From assembly GCF_036321535.1 (NCBI RefSeq), contig NC_087459.1, positions 6,882,001-6,946,000 of the forward strand: a stretch of DNA of 64,000 nt, in the 5' to 3' direction. The stretch comes from Camelus dromedarius (Eukaryota). Made by a program: the position numbers and the translations under genes. Positions 35,400 through 46,990 of this stretch are shown here, in pieces (the first letter of the stretch is position 1; each line of letters begins with the position of its first letter). The notes below the pieces were generated by a model. It saw only the letters and a program-made list of their open reading frames with translations, was not told the origin of the DNA and did no database searches.

Positions 35400-37960
35400 G
35401 ATTCTGCAAAAAGTCCAGCAGACTTTTGTGCAGATAACTCTGACTAACCCTGAAACTCACCTGGAAAGGAGTCAGAACAGCCAAAACCATTTTGGAAAAG
35501 AAGAATAAAGAGAGATGAATGACTTTACCCAGTCTTTCAACAGCATTATTGAGATAAAATTCACATACCATACATATCACCCATTTAAAGTGTGCCATTC
35601 AGTGGGGAGGGAAATAGCTCAGTGGTAGAGTGCATGCTTAGCATACATGAGGTCCTGGGTTCAATCTCCAGTACCTCCATTAACAACAAAAGTGCTGGTA
35701 AAATAGAATAAAACAACATTGCTAACCTGGAATCTCTATTGAAAATATCCCTAGTAAATGAAGGAGAAATTTAAAAAAAATTTTTTAATAGTGTGCAGCT
35801 CAGTGGGCTTTAGTATATTCAGAGAGTTATGCAAATATCACCACAATTAGAAAATTTCATCACCCCAAAAGAAACCCCATATCCATTAGCAGTCACATCC
35901 TCCAATCACCCCAGTCCTAGACAACTTCATCTACTTTCTGTCTCCAAGGATCTGCCTATCCTGGCCATTTATATAAATGGAATCATACAATATGTATTTG
36001 TTCAAGGCTCACTCACCTATTCAGTACTTTGTTCCCTTTTATGACTGAATACTATTCCATTGCACTGATTCTACCATATTTTATTCACCCATTCATCAGC
36101 TGAAGGACATTTGGGTTGTTTGCACTTTGGGGCTATTACAAATAGTGGTGCTGTGACCATGGTACAAGTTTTTGTGTGGATGCAGGTTTTTNNNNNNNNN
36201 NNNNNNNNNNNNNNNNNNNNNNNNNNNNNNNNNNNNNNNNNNNNNNNNNNNNNNNNNNNNNNNNNNNNNNNNNNNNNNNNNNNNNNNNNNNNNNNNNNNN
36301 NNNNNNNNNNNNNNNNNNNNNNNNNNNNNNAATTTCTCCACCTCCTCGCCAACACTTGTTATCTTGTCTTTTTAATATAGCTGTTCTAGTAAGTGTAGGT
36401 AAGGTTAGGGTTAGGGTTTAAGGTTAGAATTTTTTATTATAGTCATATTAATGGGTGTGATGTGCTATCATTTTTTGGTTTTGATTTGAATTTCACTAAT
36501 GAGTTAAGCATTTTTTCATGTGATTATTGGCCATCTGTATGTTTTCTTTACAGGAATGTCTATTAGCCTTTCGTCCAGTTTTCAATTCATTATTTGTCTC
36601 TTTATTTTTGAGTTGTAAGGTTTTTTTTTCTATTTTGGATCAGTCCCTTATCAGATATATTCTAAGCAAATATTCCTGCCATTCTTGGGATAGTATCTAA
36701 TTTTAAGAGTTAACAATAAAGTTACAGTAATACAGACAGTATAATCTGGGTGAAAGACACAGAGATCAACAGAACAAAATAGAGAGTTCAGAAATAGACC
36801 TGCAGAAACTGTCCAATTAATTTTTTTGCAAACAAGCTAGAGAAGACAATTTGATAGAGGAAGTATAGTGTTTTCAACAAAAGGTGTTGGAATAATTGGA
36901 CACTCATAGGACTAACCGTCACACCTTACACAAAAATTATCACAAAACAGATCTTAGATCTAAGTGTAAAATGTAAACTATGAAACATTTAGAAGAAACC
37001 AGAGATGAAGATCTCTGCGACCTGGGATTAGGCACAGTATTCTCAGGCATGATTCTAAAAGCATGAATCTTAAAAGAAAAACTTGGTAAATTAGACTTCA
37101 TCAAAAATAAAACTTTGGCTCTACAAATGACACTATTGAAAGGATAAAATAACAAACTACAAACTAGGAGAAAAATGGGCAAAAGACCAGAACAGATATT
37201 TCACCAAAGAGGACCGCAAATGAGCACGCAAAAAGATGCTCCGCACCCCTGGCCATCAGGGAAATGCAAATTGAAGCCACAATGACAGATCATCTCACAA
37301 CTGTCAGACTGACTAACACGTAGAAGCACTGAAAGGATGCAGGGGAAATAAGACTCCCCTTCACTGCTGAAGGGATGCAAAATGGTCCAGCCACTCTGGA
37401 GCAGTTTAGCAGTTTTTCACAAAGTTAAACATGCACTTAGCACATGAACCAATGATCCTACTCCTAGATAGGGTATCATCCTAGAGAAATAAAAACTTAT
37501 GTTCACATAAAGACCTACACAAGAAGGTTCATAGCAGTTTTATTTGTAATAGCTCCAGACTAGAAAAAAAAAAAACAATTGTTGCATGGGAGAATGAATG
37601 AACATTAACACCACAGAATACTACTCTGCAATAAAAAGAAACTACGCATACAGGCAACAACATGCATGGCCCTCGGGGGTATTACACTAAGTAAAAGAAG
37701 CCAGTCCTAAAAGATGCTGTATACTGTGTGATTCCATTTACAGGATATTCTTGAAAAAGACCAAATTAGAGTGATTGTCAGAGTTTGGGGGGACAGAGGA
37801 AGGTGAGATGGCAAAGGGGCAGCATGTGGGAGTTTTCTGGGTTGATGGAGCTGTTATGTATCCTGATTCTGGTGAGGGTTACACAAATCTATACCTGTGT
37901 CAAAATTCAAAGAGCAGCACACTAAAAAAATCAATGGTGCCATATGTTGAAATATAGTTA
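35400..37960. mobile_element. Nested LINE-1 fragments upstream of 5' zeta
   Basis: Minus-strand L1 at about 35530-36700 embedded in a plus-strand L1 (35400-35530 and 36700-37960). Typical ORF2/3' UTR text. Confidence 0.7.
35604..35691 (+). mobile_element. Camelid tRNA-derived SINE
   Basis: GGGGAGGGAAATAGCTCAGTGGTAGAG...GGTTCAATCTCCAGTACCTCC, inserted in an L1 fragment. Confidence 0.87.
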
Positions 37961-38433
37961 AAAGGAGTATTTGCCTCATGATGTTTAAATTATGGTATGG
38001 TGAGCAACACTGCAGTCCCTAAAAGCACATGACATTAGAAGGACCCTCTTTTATTGACCTGCCACCTCCTAAAGCTTTTCAGGGTCAGAACCAGTCACTC
38101 CCTCCCCCCTCAGAGCCCACTGGGCAAAACCATTGCTTTCTCAGAGAAAATCCAGGGATCGTAGAGCCAGAGGGAGAGAACTGGTATGTGAAAGGCTGGT
38201 CTAGCCACAGGACCCACTGAGGAGTGATGCAGGCAACGTGACATGAGCCAGCTGAGGAAAGTGTGTGGTCATCCAGCTTCTCCCATTTTGTGATTCTGAG
38301 ATGGACAAGGACAGTGCAGAGCTGGGCTGCAAATGCAGGAGGACCTCCTGGGCTGGCTGGGCCCCTATCTCTCCTGGAGTCTGGTCAGGCTGCGGCCAAC
38401 ACCCCCCCTATTCTCCCTGCCTAGGCCCAGCAA

Positions 38434-38656
38434 GGGAGGCCCGAGTGATAGCCCCTCATCCCACCAGGCCCACCAGGCCTGACTGCCCATTGTCACTGCA
38501 TCTGATAAGAGACCCCACCACCCAAACCCCCTCCCCTCTCCCAGTGATGACCACAGCCTGGCCCCCACCCTGGCTTCAGGTATATAAGAGGACCCTGGGG
38601 GCCGATTACCATGGAGGCCAGTTCTGAGCACACCTAGCTCTGGGTCAGCCGCCACC
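38434..38656 (+). promoter_or_regulatory. HBZ: Zeta-globin promoter (5' copy)
   Basis: TGATAG 38446-38451, TGATAA 38503-38508, TGACCA 38548-38553, CCCCACCC 38563-38570, TATATAA 38581-38587. No CCAAT/ATTGG present. Confidence 0.88.
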
Positions 38657-39744
38657 ATGTCTCTGACCAAGGCTGAGAGGACCATCGTTGTGTCCATGTG
38701 GGGCAAGATCGCCACACAGGCGGACGTCATTGGCATGGAGGCCTTGGAAAGGTGAGTGCCAGCTGGGCTGGATGTACCCGGGCAGGTGACTGTGGGCCAG
38801 AGAGGAGAGGACAGTAAGGACAGCGGTCAGTGAGGAGGGGACAGGGAGGTGCGGTCAGTGGTGGGGACAGGGGATGGTGGCCGGTAAGCAGGAAGAGGAG
38901 GTGAACTCGGAGGGGAGATGACTGTAGGGCTGTGTCTCTCCAGGTCCAGCACCCAGGTCTCCACAAACACCTGTTGAATGAATGAATGAATGAGTGAGTG
39001 AGTGAGTGAGTGAGTGAACGGGTGAAGAAGGAAGGAACGTGGGAACGATGGGGCGGTGAGGGTGAGTGAGATAGTACCGGGGCCATACTGGAGCCTGGGG
39101 CAACAGGAAAAGTCAGCAGTACTCATCCTGCCTTTACCTGAACTTTGCATATTTCGGTCTACGTGGGTTTTTGCGTTAATATTGATGTTTTAATACACTG
39201 CGTGAAAATACCACGTGTCCAGAACGCTGGGTCGGCGCCTGGACCGTCGCGTCCTGGGGCAGTGCCGTCCCGACCTCGCCTCACCCCCGCCGCCCCCCCG
39301 CAGGCTCTTCTCCAGCTTCCCGCAGACCAAGACCTACTTCCCGCACTTCGACCTGCATCCAGGCTCCGCGCAGCTGCGCGCGCACGGCTCCAAGGTGCTG
39401 GCCGCCTTGGGCGACGCAGTCAAGAGCATCGACAACGTGGCGGGCGCTCTGTCCAAGCTCAGCGAGCTGCACGCCTACGTCTTGCGCGTGGACCCGGTCA
39501 ACTTCAAGGTGGGCGCGGGGCTGGGGTCCTGGCGGGGCCCGACCGAGGCGGGGCGGGGTCTGGGCGGAAGGCGCCCGGGGCCCGCGCCCTGAGCCTCCCT
39601 CCCTTTCCGCCCCAGCTCCTGTCCCACTGCCTGCTGGTCACCGTGGCCTCCCACTTCTCCGCCGACTTCACGGCCGACGCCCACGCCGCCTGGGACAAGT
39701 TCCTGTCCATCGTGTCCTCCGTTCTGACCGAGAAGTACCGCTGA
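38657..39744 (+). CDS. HBZ: Hemoglobin subunit zeta, 5' copy
   Basis: Exons 38657-38751, 39304-39508, 39616-39744 (95/205/129 nt) with GT-AG introns. Protein [63 protein letters not shown]...[18 protein letters not shown] at 39830-39835. Confidence 0.97.
38975..39018 (+). repeat. (TGAA)4(TGAG)6 compound microsatellite in zeta intron 1
   Basis: Read directly. The paralogous site at 53428-53475 is (TGAA)3(TGAG)8. Confidence 0.9.
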
Positions 39745-40997
39745 GCGCAGCTGCGGCCCCCCAGGACAGGATGCGCTCTCCGCTGCTCCAGGGGGTCTCC
39801 AGCCCACCCCATCTTCCCCAGGACGCGCCAATAAACGAATCAACGTGCATCTTGTCTCTGTGGTCACTGGGGCCACTGCGGGTTGGCAGAGGTGGAAGCG
39901 GCTGGGGGTGCTGCCTGGGTCACACGGAGGGCTGCGGGAATCCTTGCACTGACCCCCAAGGTCTCTCGGAGGGCAGAGGGCAGCTCCCGCGACATGGAGG
40001 GCACTCTATCCGGCACAGAGGAGACCCCTTGCCTTTACTTCTTAGGGCGTCGCTAGAGTCCCCCGACCCTTTGTCCCTGTGGTCCGCGGTGACACTTTTT
40101 CTTCTTCCTCCGGAATATATACTATTTGCTAGTTTATGCAGGATCTTAGAAAGGAGTTGATGAATCCATTCATCCATCCACCAATTCACTCTCCCATTAA
40201 ACAAATGTTTATGGCATATAAGTGGCCCCAGTGTCTTTCTAGGCTATGGATACAACAGCTAAAACAAGCAAAGTTCCCTGCCCCATGGAGCTGACAATCT
40301 AGTCGGGGATACAGATCACAGTACACACGAGGGAAAAAAAAAAACCGAAAAGAGGCACAACCTTGCTCATAACAAGAGAAATGCAAATTAATATTAAAAG
40401 TAAAACTCCACTGAGAGCCATTTCTTACCCACCCTAATAACAAAAATCCAAGACTTTGACCACACTCTGCTGGCACCCCCTGCTAAGTGGTGAGCTGAAG
40501 CTTGCTTGAGGATACACAAAGCAGCAGGGGCAGCTATGTTTGCTAAAGTCTAGAAAACCCAAAAGCCCTTCAGGTGGCACTGACAGAGTAAAGGGTAAAC
40601 CATGAACATTCACACCACAGAGAACTGGGAACTGAAATTTTTTTTTAAATGAGGGCAGTTTCTAGTAATGGTTGTGATGTAATAGCCAGGATTTATTAAG
40701 TGAAAAAAGAAAAAGAAGTAATAAAGAAGTAGACTGGTGTATATACAGCACGGTCACTTTTTTGTAAGGAAGGAGGGGAATTCAAGAATGTGTGAGTACA
40801 CACTTGTGTGAGCGAGTTCATTAACCCGTGTGTGCCCTCATGAGTGTGTGTGTGTTTGTGCATGTTTGCTTATTTTTGCAAAAAGGCACTGTGGAAGGAT
40901 GAATTGGAAAAGACCACAAATGACAACATGGGTGGGGTTGGAGGGAAGCTCCTCCAAATCTAACGCTGCATCATTTCGACCTTTGAATCTTGTAAAT

Positions 40998-41135
40998 TTG
41001 GGGGGGAGTAATGAAGTTTATTTAATTAATTAATTAATTAATTTATTCATTTATTTATGTGGAGGTACTGGGGATTGAACCTAGGACCTTGTGCATGCTA
41101 AGCATATGCTCTACCACTGAGCTATACCCTCCCCC
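40998..41135 (-). mobile_element. Camelid tRNA-derived SINE
   Basis: Reverse copy with a perfect 15-bp TSD TTGAATCTTGTAAAT at 40983-40997 and 41136-41150. Confidence 0.92.
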
Positions 41136-41269
41136 TTGAATCTTGTAAATATTTAAGATCACCAAAAATAAAACTTAAAAGAGCAAAAACTGAAAAGATC
41201 AAAGTCAAAAACAAACTTATCCCAGGTTTTGCCACCAAAAAAAAAAAAAATGTCCACGAGTTGATCACA

Positions 41270-41400
41270 CACACCACAACCCCTCTCCCACACCCTGTCT
41301 TCAAAAACCTTTCCCTGAAAGCCATTGGGGAGTTCAGGCTTTTTGAGCATCAGTCTCCCAGACTCCTTGTTTAGCACCGGCAATAAACACTGCCATTTGA
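41270..41400 (+). mobile_element. ERV1-type LTR fragment
   Basis: AAAAACCTTTCCCTGAAAGCCATTGGGGAGTTCAGGCTTTTTGAGCATCAG...CAATAAA resembles the TATA-to-polyA segment of ERV1-class LTRs. Confidence 0.5.
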
Positions 41401-41479
41401 CATCACATGGCTCCTAGTATCACCCAAGTCTTCAGCATCACCTATGGTGATAGTCAGATCTTCTCTTCTTGTGATAAAA

Positions 41480-44400
41480 CGTAACATTTACTGTTTTAAC
41501 TATTTTAAGGTGAACATCTCAGTGGCATTTAGTATATTCATCATGTTGCACAACTATCACCTACCTAGTTCCAGAAATTTTTCATCACTCTGAACAGAAA
41601 CTCTGTGCCCCTCAGCCCCTGGCGAGCAGTCTGCTTTCTGTTCCTGTGGATTTGCCCATCCTGGACACTTCATACAAAGGGAATCATACAACATGCCAAC
41701 TTCTGTGTCTGACTTCTTTTACTTGTCACACTGCTTTCAAGGTTGATCTCTGTTGTAGCATGTACCAGTACTTCCTTTTCTATGGATGTATAATGTTCCA
41801 TTGTAGGGAAATACCAAATTTTGTTTATTCTTTCATTGATTGGTAGACATTTGGGCTGTTTGTGCCTTTTTGGCTATGTCAATCGTGCTGCTGTGCACAG
41901 TCTTTTGTTTTCTTTTTAAAAAGGTAATTTTGCCCCAATTTTTTTTAATAAAAGTATTTTTGTTATTTTGGGCAAATTTTTATAGTCCTTATATACAGTA
42001 AGACACTTAGGGAAGTAGTGAGCTCCTGCCAAGGATTTCATTTCTTCCATATTTTTACTTAGTAGTTACATATTTAGTTATATTGAGGTATAATTGACCT
42101 ACAACACTATGTTAGTATAGTGATTTGATATTTCTATACACTACAAAATAATGACCACAATAAATTTAGTTACCATCTGTCATCATACAGTTATCACAAT
42201 ATCACTGACTATATTCCCCATGGCTGTACGTTTCATCCCCGTGACTTGTTTATTTTGTAACTAGAAGCTTGTACCTCTTCATCTCCCTCACCTATTTCAC
42301 TCATCTCCTCACCCCTCTCCCCTCTGGCAACCACCAGTTTGTTCTCTGTATCTATGAGTCTGTTTCTGTTTTGTTATGTTTGCTCGTTTGTTTTGTTTTT
42401 TAGATTCTACATCTGAGTNNNNNNNNNNNNNNNNNNNNNNNNNNNNNNNNNNNNNNNNNNNNNNNNNNNNNNNNNNNNNNNNNNNNNNNNNNNNNNNNNN
42501 NNNNNNNNNNNNNNNNNNNNNNNNNNNNNNNNNNNNNNNNNNNNNNTATATGTCCCATATCTTCTTTATCCTTTCATCTGTTGATGGGCACTTAGTCTGC
42601 TTCCATGTCTTAGCTGTTGTAAATAATGCTGCTGTACATTGGGATGCATATGCCTTTTTATGTTAGTGTTTTTGTTTTCCTTGAAAAATGCCCAGAAGGC
42701 AATGACATCTCTTTTGAGGCATTTCCACACTGTTTTCCTCCTTACTGTAAATTGCACTGGTTTACATTCCCACTAACAGCACACAAGGGTTCTCTTTTCT
42801 CTACATCCTCACCAGCACTTGTTATTTCTTGTCTGTTTGATGATAGCATTTGACAGGTGTGAGGTGCCATCTCATTATGGTTTTGATTTGCATTTCCCTG
42901 ATGATTAGTGATGTCGAGCATCTTTTCATGTGCGTGTTGGCCATCTGTACATCTTTTGGAAAAGATCTGCTCAATTTTAAATTAGGTCACTTGTTCTTTG
43001 ATGTTGAGTTGTGTGAATTCTTTGTATATTTTGGATAATAACCTCTTATCAGATATATTGTTTGCAAATGTCTTCTCCCACTCAGTAGGCTGCCTTTTGT
43101 TTTGTTGATCATTTCCTTTGTTGTGCAAAAACGTGTTCGTTTGATGTAGTCCAGTTTGTTTGTTTTTGCTTTTATTTTCCTTGCCTGAGGAGACATATAT
43201 AAAAAAAAATTGCTAAAACTGATGTCAAAGAGTATACTGCACATTGCAAAATGATTATAAATCAATAAAAAATGTTTAAAAAAAGAATATACTGCATAGG
43301 TATGCTTCTAAGTGTTTTATGATTTCAGGTCCTACTTAAGTATAATTCATTTTGAGTTTATTTTTGTATATGGTGTGAGAAAGTAGTCCAATTTGATTCT
43401 TTTGCTTACAGTTGTCCAGTTTTCCCAACACCACTTATTAAAAAGGCTGTCTTTCCCCATTATGTATATTATTGCCTACTTTGTCATGGGTTAATTGGCC
43501 ATAAGTGCGTGGGTCTATTTCTGGGCTCTCTATTCAGTTCCATTGATCTGTGTGTTTGTTTCTGTGCCAGTATCATACTGGTTTTAATTACTGTAGCTTT
43601 GAGTATAATCTGAAGTCNNNNNNNNNNNNNNNNNNNNNNNNNNNNNNNNNNNNNNNNNNNNNNNNNNNNNNNNNNNNNNNNNNNNNNNNNNNNNNNNNNN
43701 NNNNNNNNNNNNNNNNNNNNNNNNNNNNNNNNNNNNNNNNNNNNNNNNNNNNNNNNNNNNNNNNNNNNNNNNNNNNNNNNNNNNNNNNNNNNNNNNNNNN
43801 NNNNNNNNNNNNNNNNNNNNNNNNNNNNNNNNNNNNNCCATCTGTTTGTGTCATCTTCAATTTCTTTTATCAATGTCTGTATTTTTCTGAACACAGGACT
43901 TTTCCCTCCTTGGTTAGATTTATTCTTATGTATTTTATTCTTTTTGATGCAATTATAAACAGTATTGTTTTCTTAACTTTTCTTTTAGAGCGTTTGTTCT
44001 TAATGTATAGAAATGCAACAGATTTCTGTATATTAATTTTGTATCCTGCAACTTTACTGAATTCACTTATTAGTTGTAATAAATTTTTGGCAGAATCTTA
44101 GGGATTTTCTATATATAGTATCCTGTANNNNNNNNNNNNNNNNNNNNNNNNNNNNNNNNNNNNNNNNNNNNNNNNNNNNNNNNNNNNNNNNNNNNNNNNN
44201 NNNNNNNNNNNNNNNNNNNNNNNNNNNNNNNNNNNNNNNNNNNNNNNNNNNNNNNNNNNNNNNNNNNNNNNNNNNNNNNNNNNNNNNNNNNNNNNNNNNN
44301 NNNNNNNNNNNNNNNNNNNNNNNNNNNGGTCTTGCATATATAGCCTTTATTATATTGAGGTATGTTCCCTCTATACTTACTTTGTTGAGAAGTAGTGGTT

Positions 44401-46990
44401 TTTTTTTTTTTTTGTCATAACTGGTTCTTGAATATTGTCAAAAGCTTTTCCTGCATCTATTGAGATGACTATGTGATTTTTATTCTTCATTTTGTTAATA
44501 TGGTGTATCACATTGATTAATTTGTANNNNNNNNNNNNNNNNNNNNNNNNNNNNNNNNNNNNNNNNNNNNNNNNNNNNNNNNNNNNNNNNNNNNNNNNNN
44601 NNNNNNNNNNNNNNNNNNNNNNNNNNNNNNNNNNNNNNNNNNNNNNNNNNNNNNNNNNNNNNNNNNNNNNNNNNNNNNNNNNNNNNNNNNNNNNNNNNNN
44701 NNNNNNNNNNNCAATGTTGTGTCAATTTCCAGTGTAGTAATTTTCTTTTTTGTGATATCGTTGTCTGGGTTTGGTACTATGGTGATTCTGGCCTCATAGA
44801 ATGAGTCCAGAACCATCCTCTTAAATTCTCTGAAATAGTTTGAGAGGGATGGGTTTGACTCTTCCTTAAATATGTGGTAGAATTCACTCATGAAGGTATC
44901 TGGTTCTAGACTTTTGCTTGTTTTATATATATATATATATATAAAATTGTGTGTATAAAACATACACACAATTATTTAAGTTGATGATCTCTTAAGTTCA
45001 AGTGCATTCTAACAACTCCGCATTTTTACTCCTAACATTTAATGTTTTTGAAATCTTTCTGTTTCATTTCCTTAACTATTTATCATGGAAATGGATAATT
45101 TTACTACTTCTGTCTTTTAACCTTCCTGCTAGCTTTATAAGTGGTCTTTATAAATGATCTATTACCTTTTTTGTATTTTTGCCTTTACCAAAGAAGTTTT
45201 TCCTTTCATAATTTTCATATTTCTACTTGTGGTCCTTTCTTTTCTTCTTAGATAAACCCCTTTAACATTTCTTGTAAAACTGGTTTAGTGGTGCTGAAAT
45301 CTTTTAGGTTTTGCTTGTCTATAAGGCTCTATATCTCTGCTTCAAATGATAGCCTTGCTGGGTAGAGTATTCTTGGTTGTAGCTTTTTTACTTTCATCAT
45401 TTTAAATATATGGTTCCACTCTCTCCTGGCCTGCAGAGTTTCCACTGAAAAATCAGCTGATGGTTTTATGGGAGGTCCCATCTATGAAACTGGATACTTT
45501 TCTCTCGCTGCTTTTGAGAGTTTCTCTTTATCTTCAATTTTTGCCATATTAACTACAGTGTGTCTTGGTGTGGGTGGACCTATTTAGGTTTGTGTGGTTT
45601 GGGAGTCTCTGGGCTTTCTGTTTCCTTTCCCAAGTCAGGGAAGTTTCCAGCTATTATTTCTTCAAAAAAATCCTCTTACTCTTTCTCTCTCTTTTCTTTT
45701 GGGATCCCTATAATGTGAATAATAATACACTTGATGTTGTCCCAGAGAACTCTAAAGCTGTCCTCATTTTTTTTTAAATTCTTTTTTCTGTTCGGTCTGG
45801 GTGATATCCACTACTCTGTCTTCCAGCTCACCAATCCATTCCTCTGTATCATCTAATCTACTGTTGATTCCTTCTACTGTATTTTTTTCAGTTACTGTAT
45901 TCTTCAGCTCTCTTTGGTTCTTCTGTATATTTTCTAACTCTGTGTTAAACTTCTCACTCTGTTCATCCCTATTTCTCTTGAGTTCATTGAGCATCTTTAT
46001 GATCATTACCTTGAACTCTTTATTGGGCAGACTGCTTATCTCCACTTGCTTAGTTCTTCTTCTGGGGTTTTATCTTGTCCCTTTATTTGGAACATAGTCC
46101 TCCATCATGTCATTTTGCCTAATTCTCTGTTTTTATTTCTATGTATTAGGTAGGTTGGTTACATTTCCCAATCTTGATGGAGTGGCCTTATATCAGAGAT
46201 GTCCTGTGTGTCCCAGCAATGCACTCCCCTCTGATCACCAGAGCTATATGCCCTAGGGTTGCCCCCTGCATGAACTGTGTGGGCCCTTCTGTTGTGGGGG
46301 GCCAACTACTGTGGGTGTGTTGGTAGGTGGGGTGGCCCCAGATCAGGTTGGCTGCCAGGCCTTGCCTCACATGGAGGCTGCTGCCCACTGGTGGGTGGGG
46401 CTGGGGCCTGGGGCAGCTGGCTGTGTGGCCCTGGGGGCCAGGGGATTGCTGCGAAAATTCTTGTATAAGTTTTGGTGTGGATGTATATTTTCAAAAGTTT
46501 GGATGTATACACATAGGAGTGGAATTGCTTGGCCATACACTAACAATGTTTAATATACTGAGGAACCACCAAACTGTTTTCCACAATGGCTGCTATATTT
46601 TACATTCCCAGCAGCCATGTATGAGGGTTCCAGCTTCTCCACATTCTCGCCAACTCTTGCTCTTTTGCTTTTTAAATTACTGTTATGGCTGTCCTACTGG
46701 ATGTGAAGTGGTACCTTATCAGGGTTTTGATTTGCATTTCTGAATGAGTAAGGAAGCTGGGTGTCTTTTCATGTGCTATTCATAGACTTCTTTGGGGGTA
46801 AAGTTTATTCAAGTTCTTTGTCCACTTTTTTTTAACATTTTTTATTGATTTATAATCATTTTACAATGTTGTGTCAAATTTGTCCACTTTTTAATGGGGT
46901 TATTTGTATTTTTGCTGCTGAGTGATAAGGGTTATCTCTATGTTCTTGACACAGTTCTTTACCAGACAGACGGTTTGCAAATATTCTCTC
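41480..46990 (-). mobile_element. Internally deleted L1 (about 42070-46450; ORF1 and ORF2 remnants) nested in an older L1MB-like fragment (41480-41900 and 46450-46990)
   Basis: ORF1p coiled-coil remnant 45764-46045 (EFKVMIIKMLNEL...INSRLDDTEEWIGELEDR). ORF2 remnants near 44750-44900 (EFYHIFKEE...SFYEARITIVPNPD) and 43484-43894 (IKEIEDDTNRW). L1MA-like 3' end near 42070. Four N gaps inside. Confidence 0.85.

Larger units (their letters stand above)
28557..44711. other. Seven assembly gaps (N runs)
   Basis: 28557-28704, 29914-30151, 36192-36330, 42419-42546, 43618-43837, 44128-44327, 44527-44711. The first is in the CpG island and the others are in L1 repeats. Confidence 0.97.

Noticed and set aside
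28359-44969. ORFs containing X runs
   Set aside because: Artefacts of translating through N gaps.
45764-46045. 93-aa coiled-coil ORF
   Set aside because: A degenerate L1 ORF1p fragment, not a host gene.
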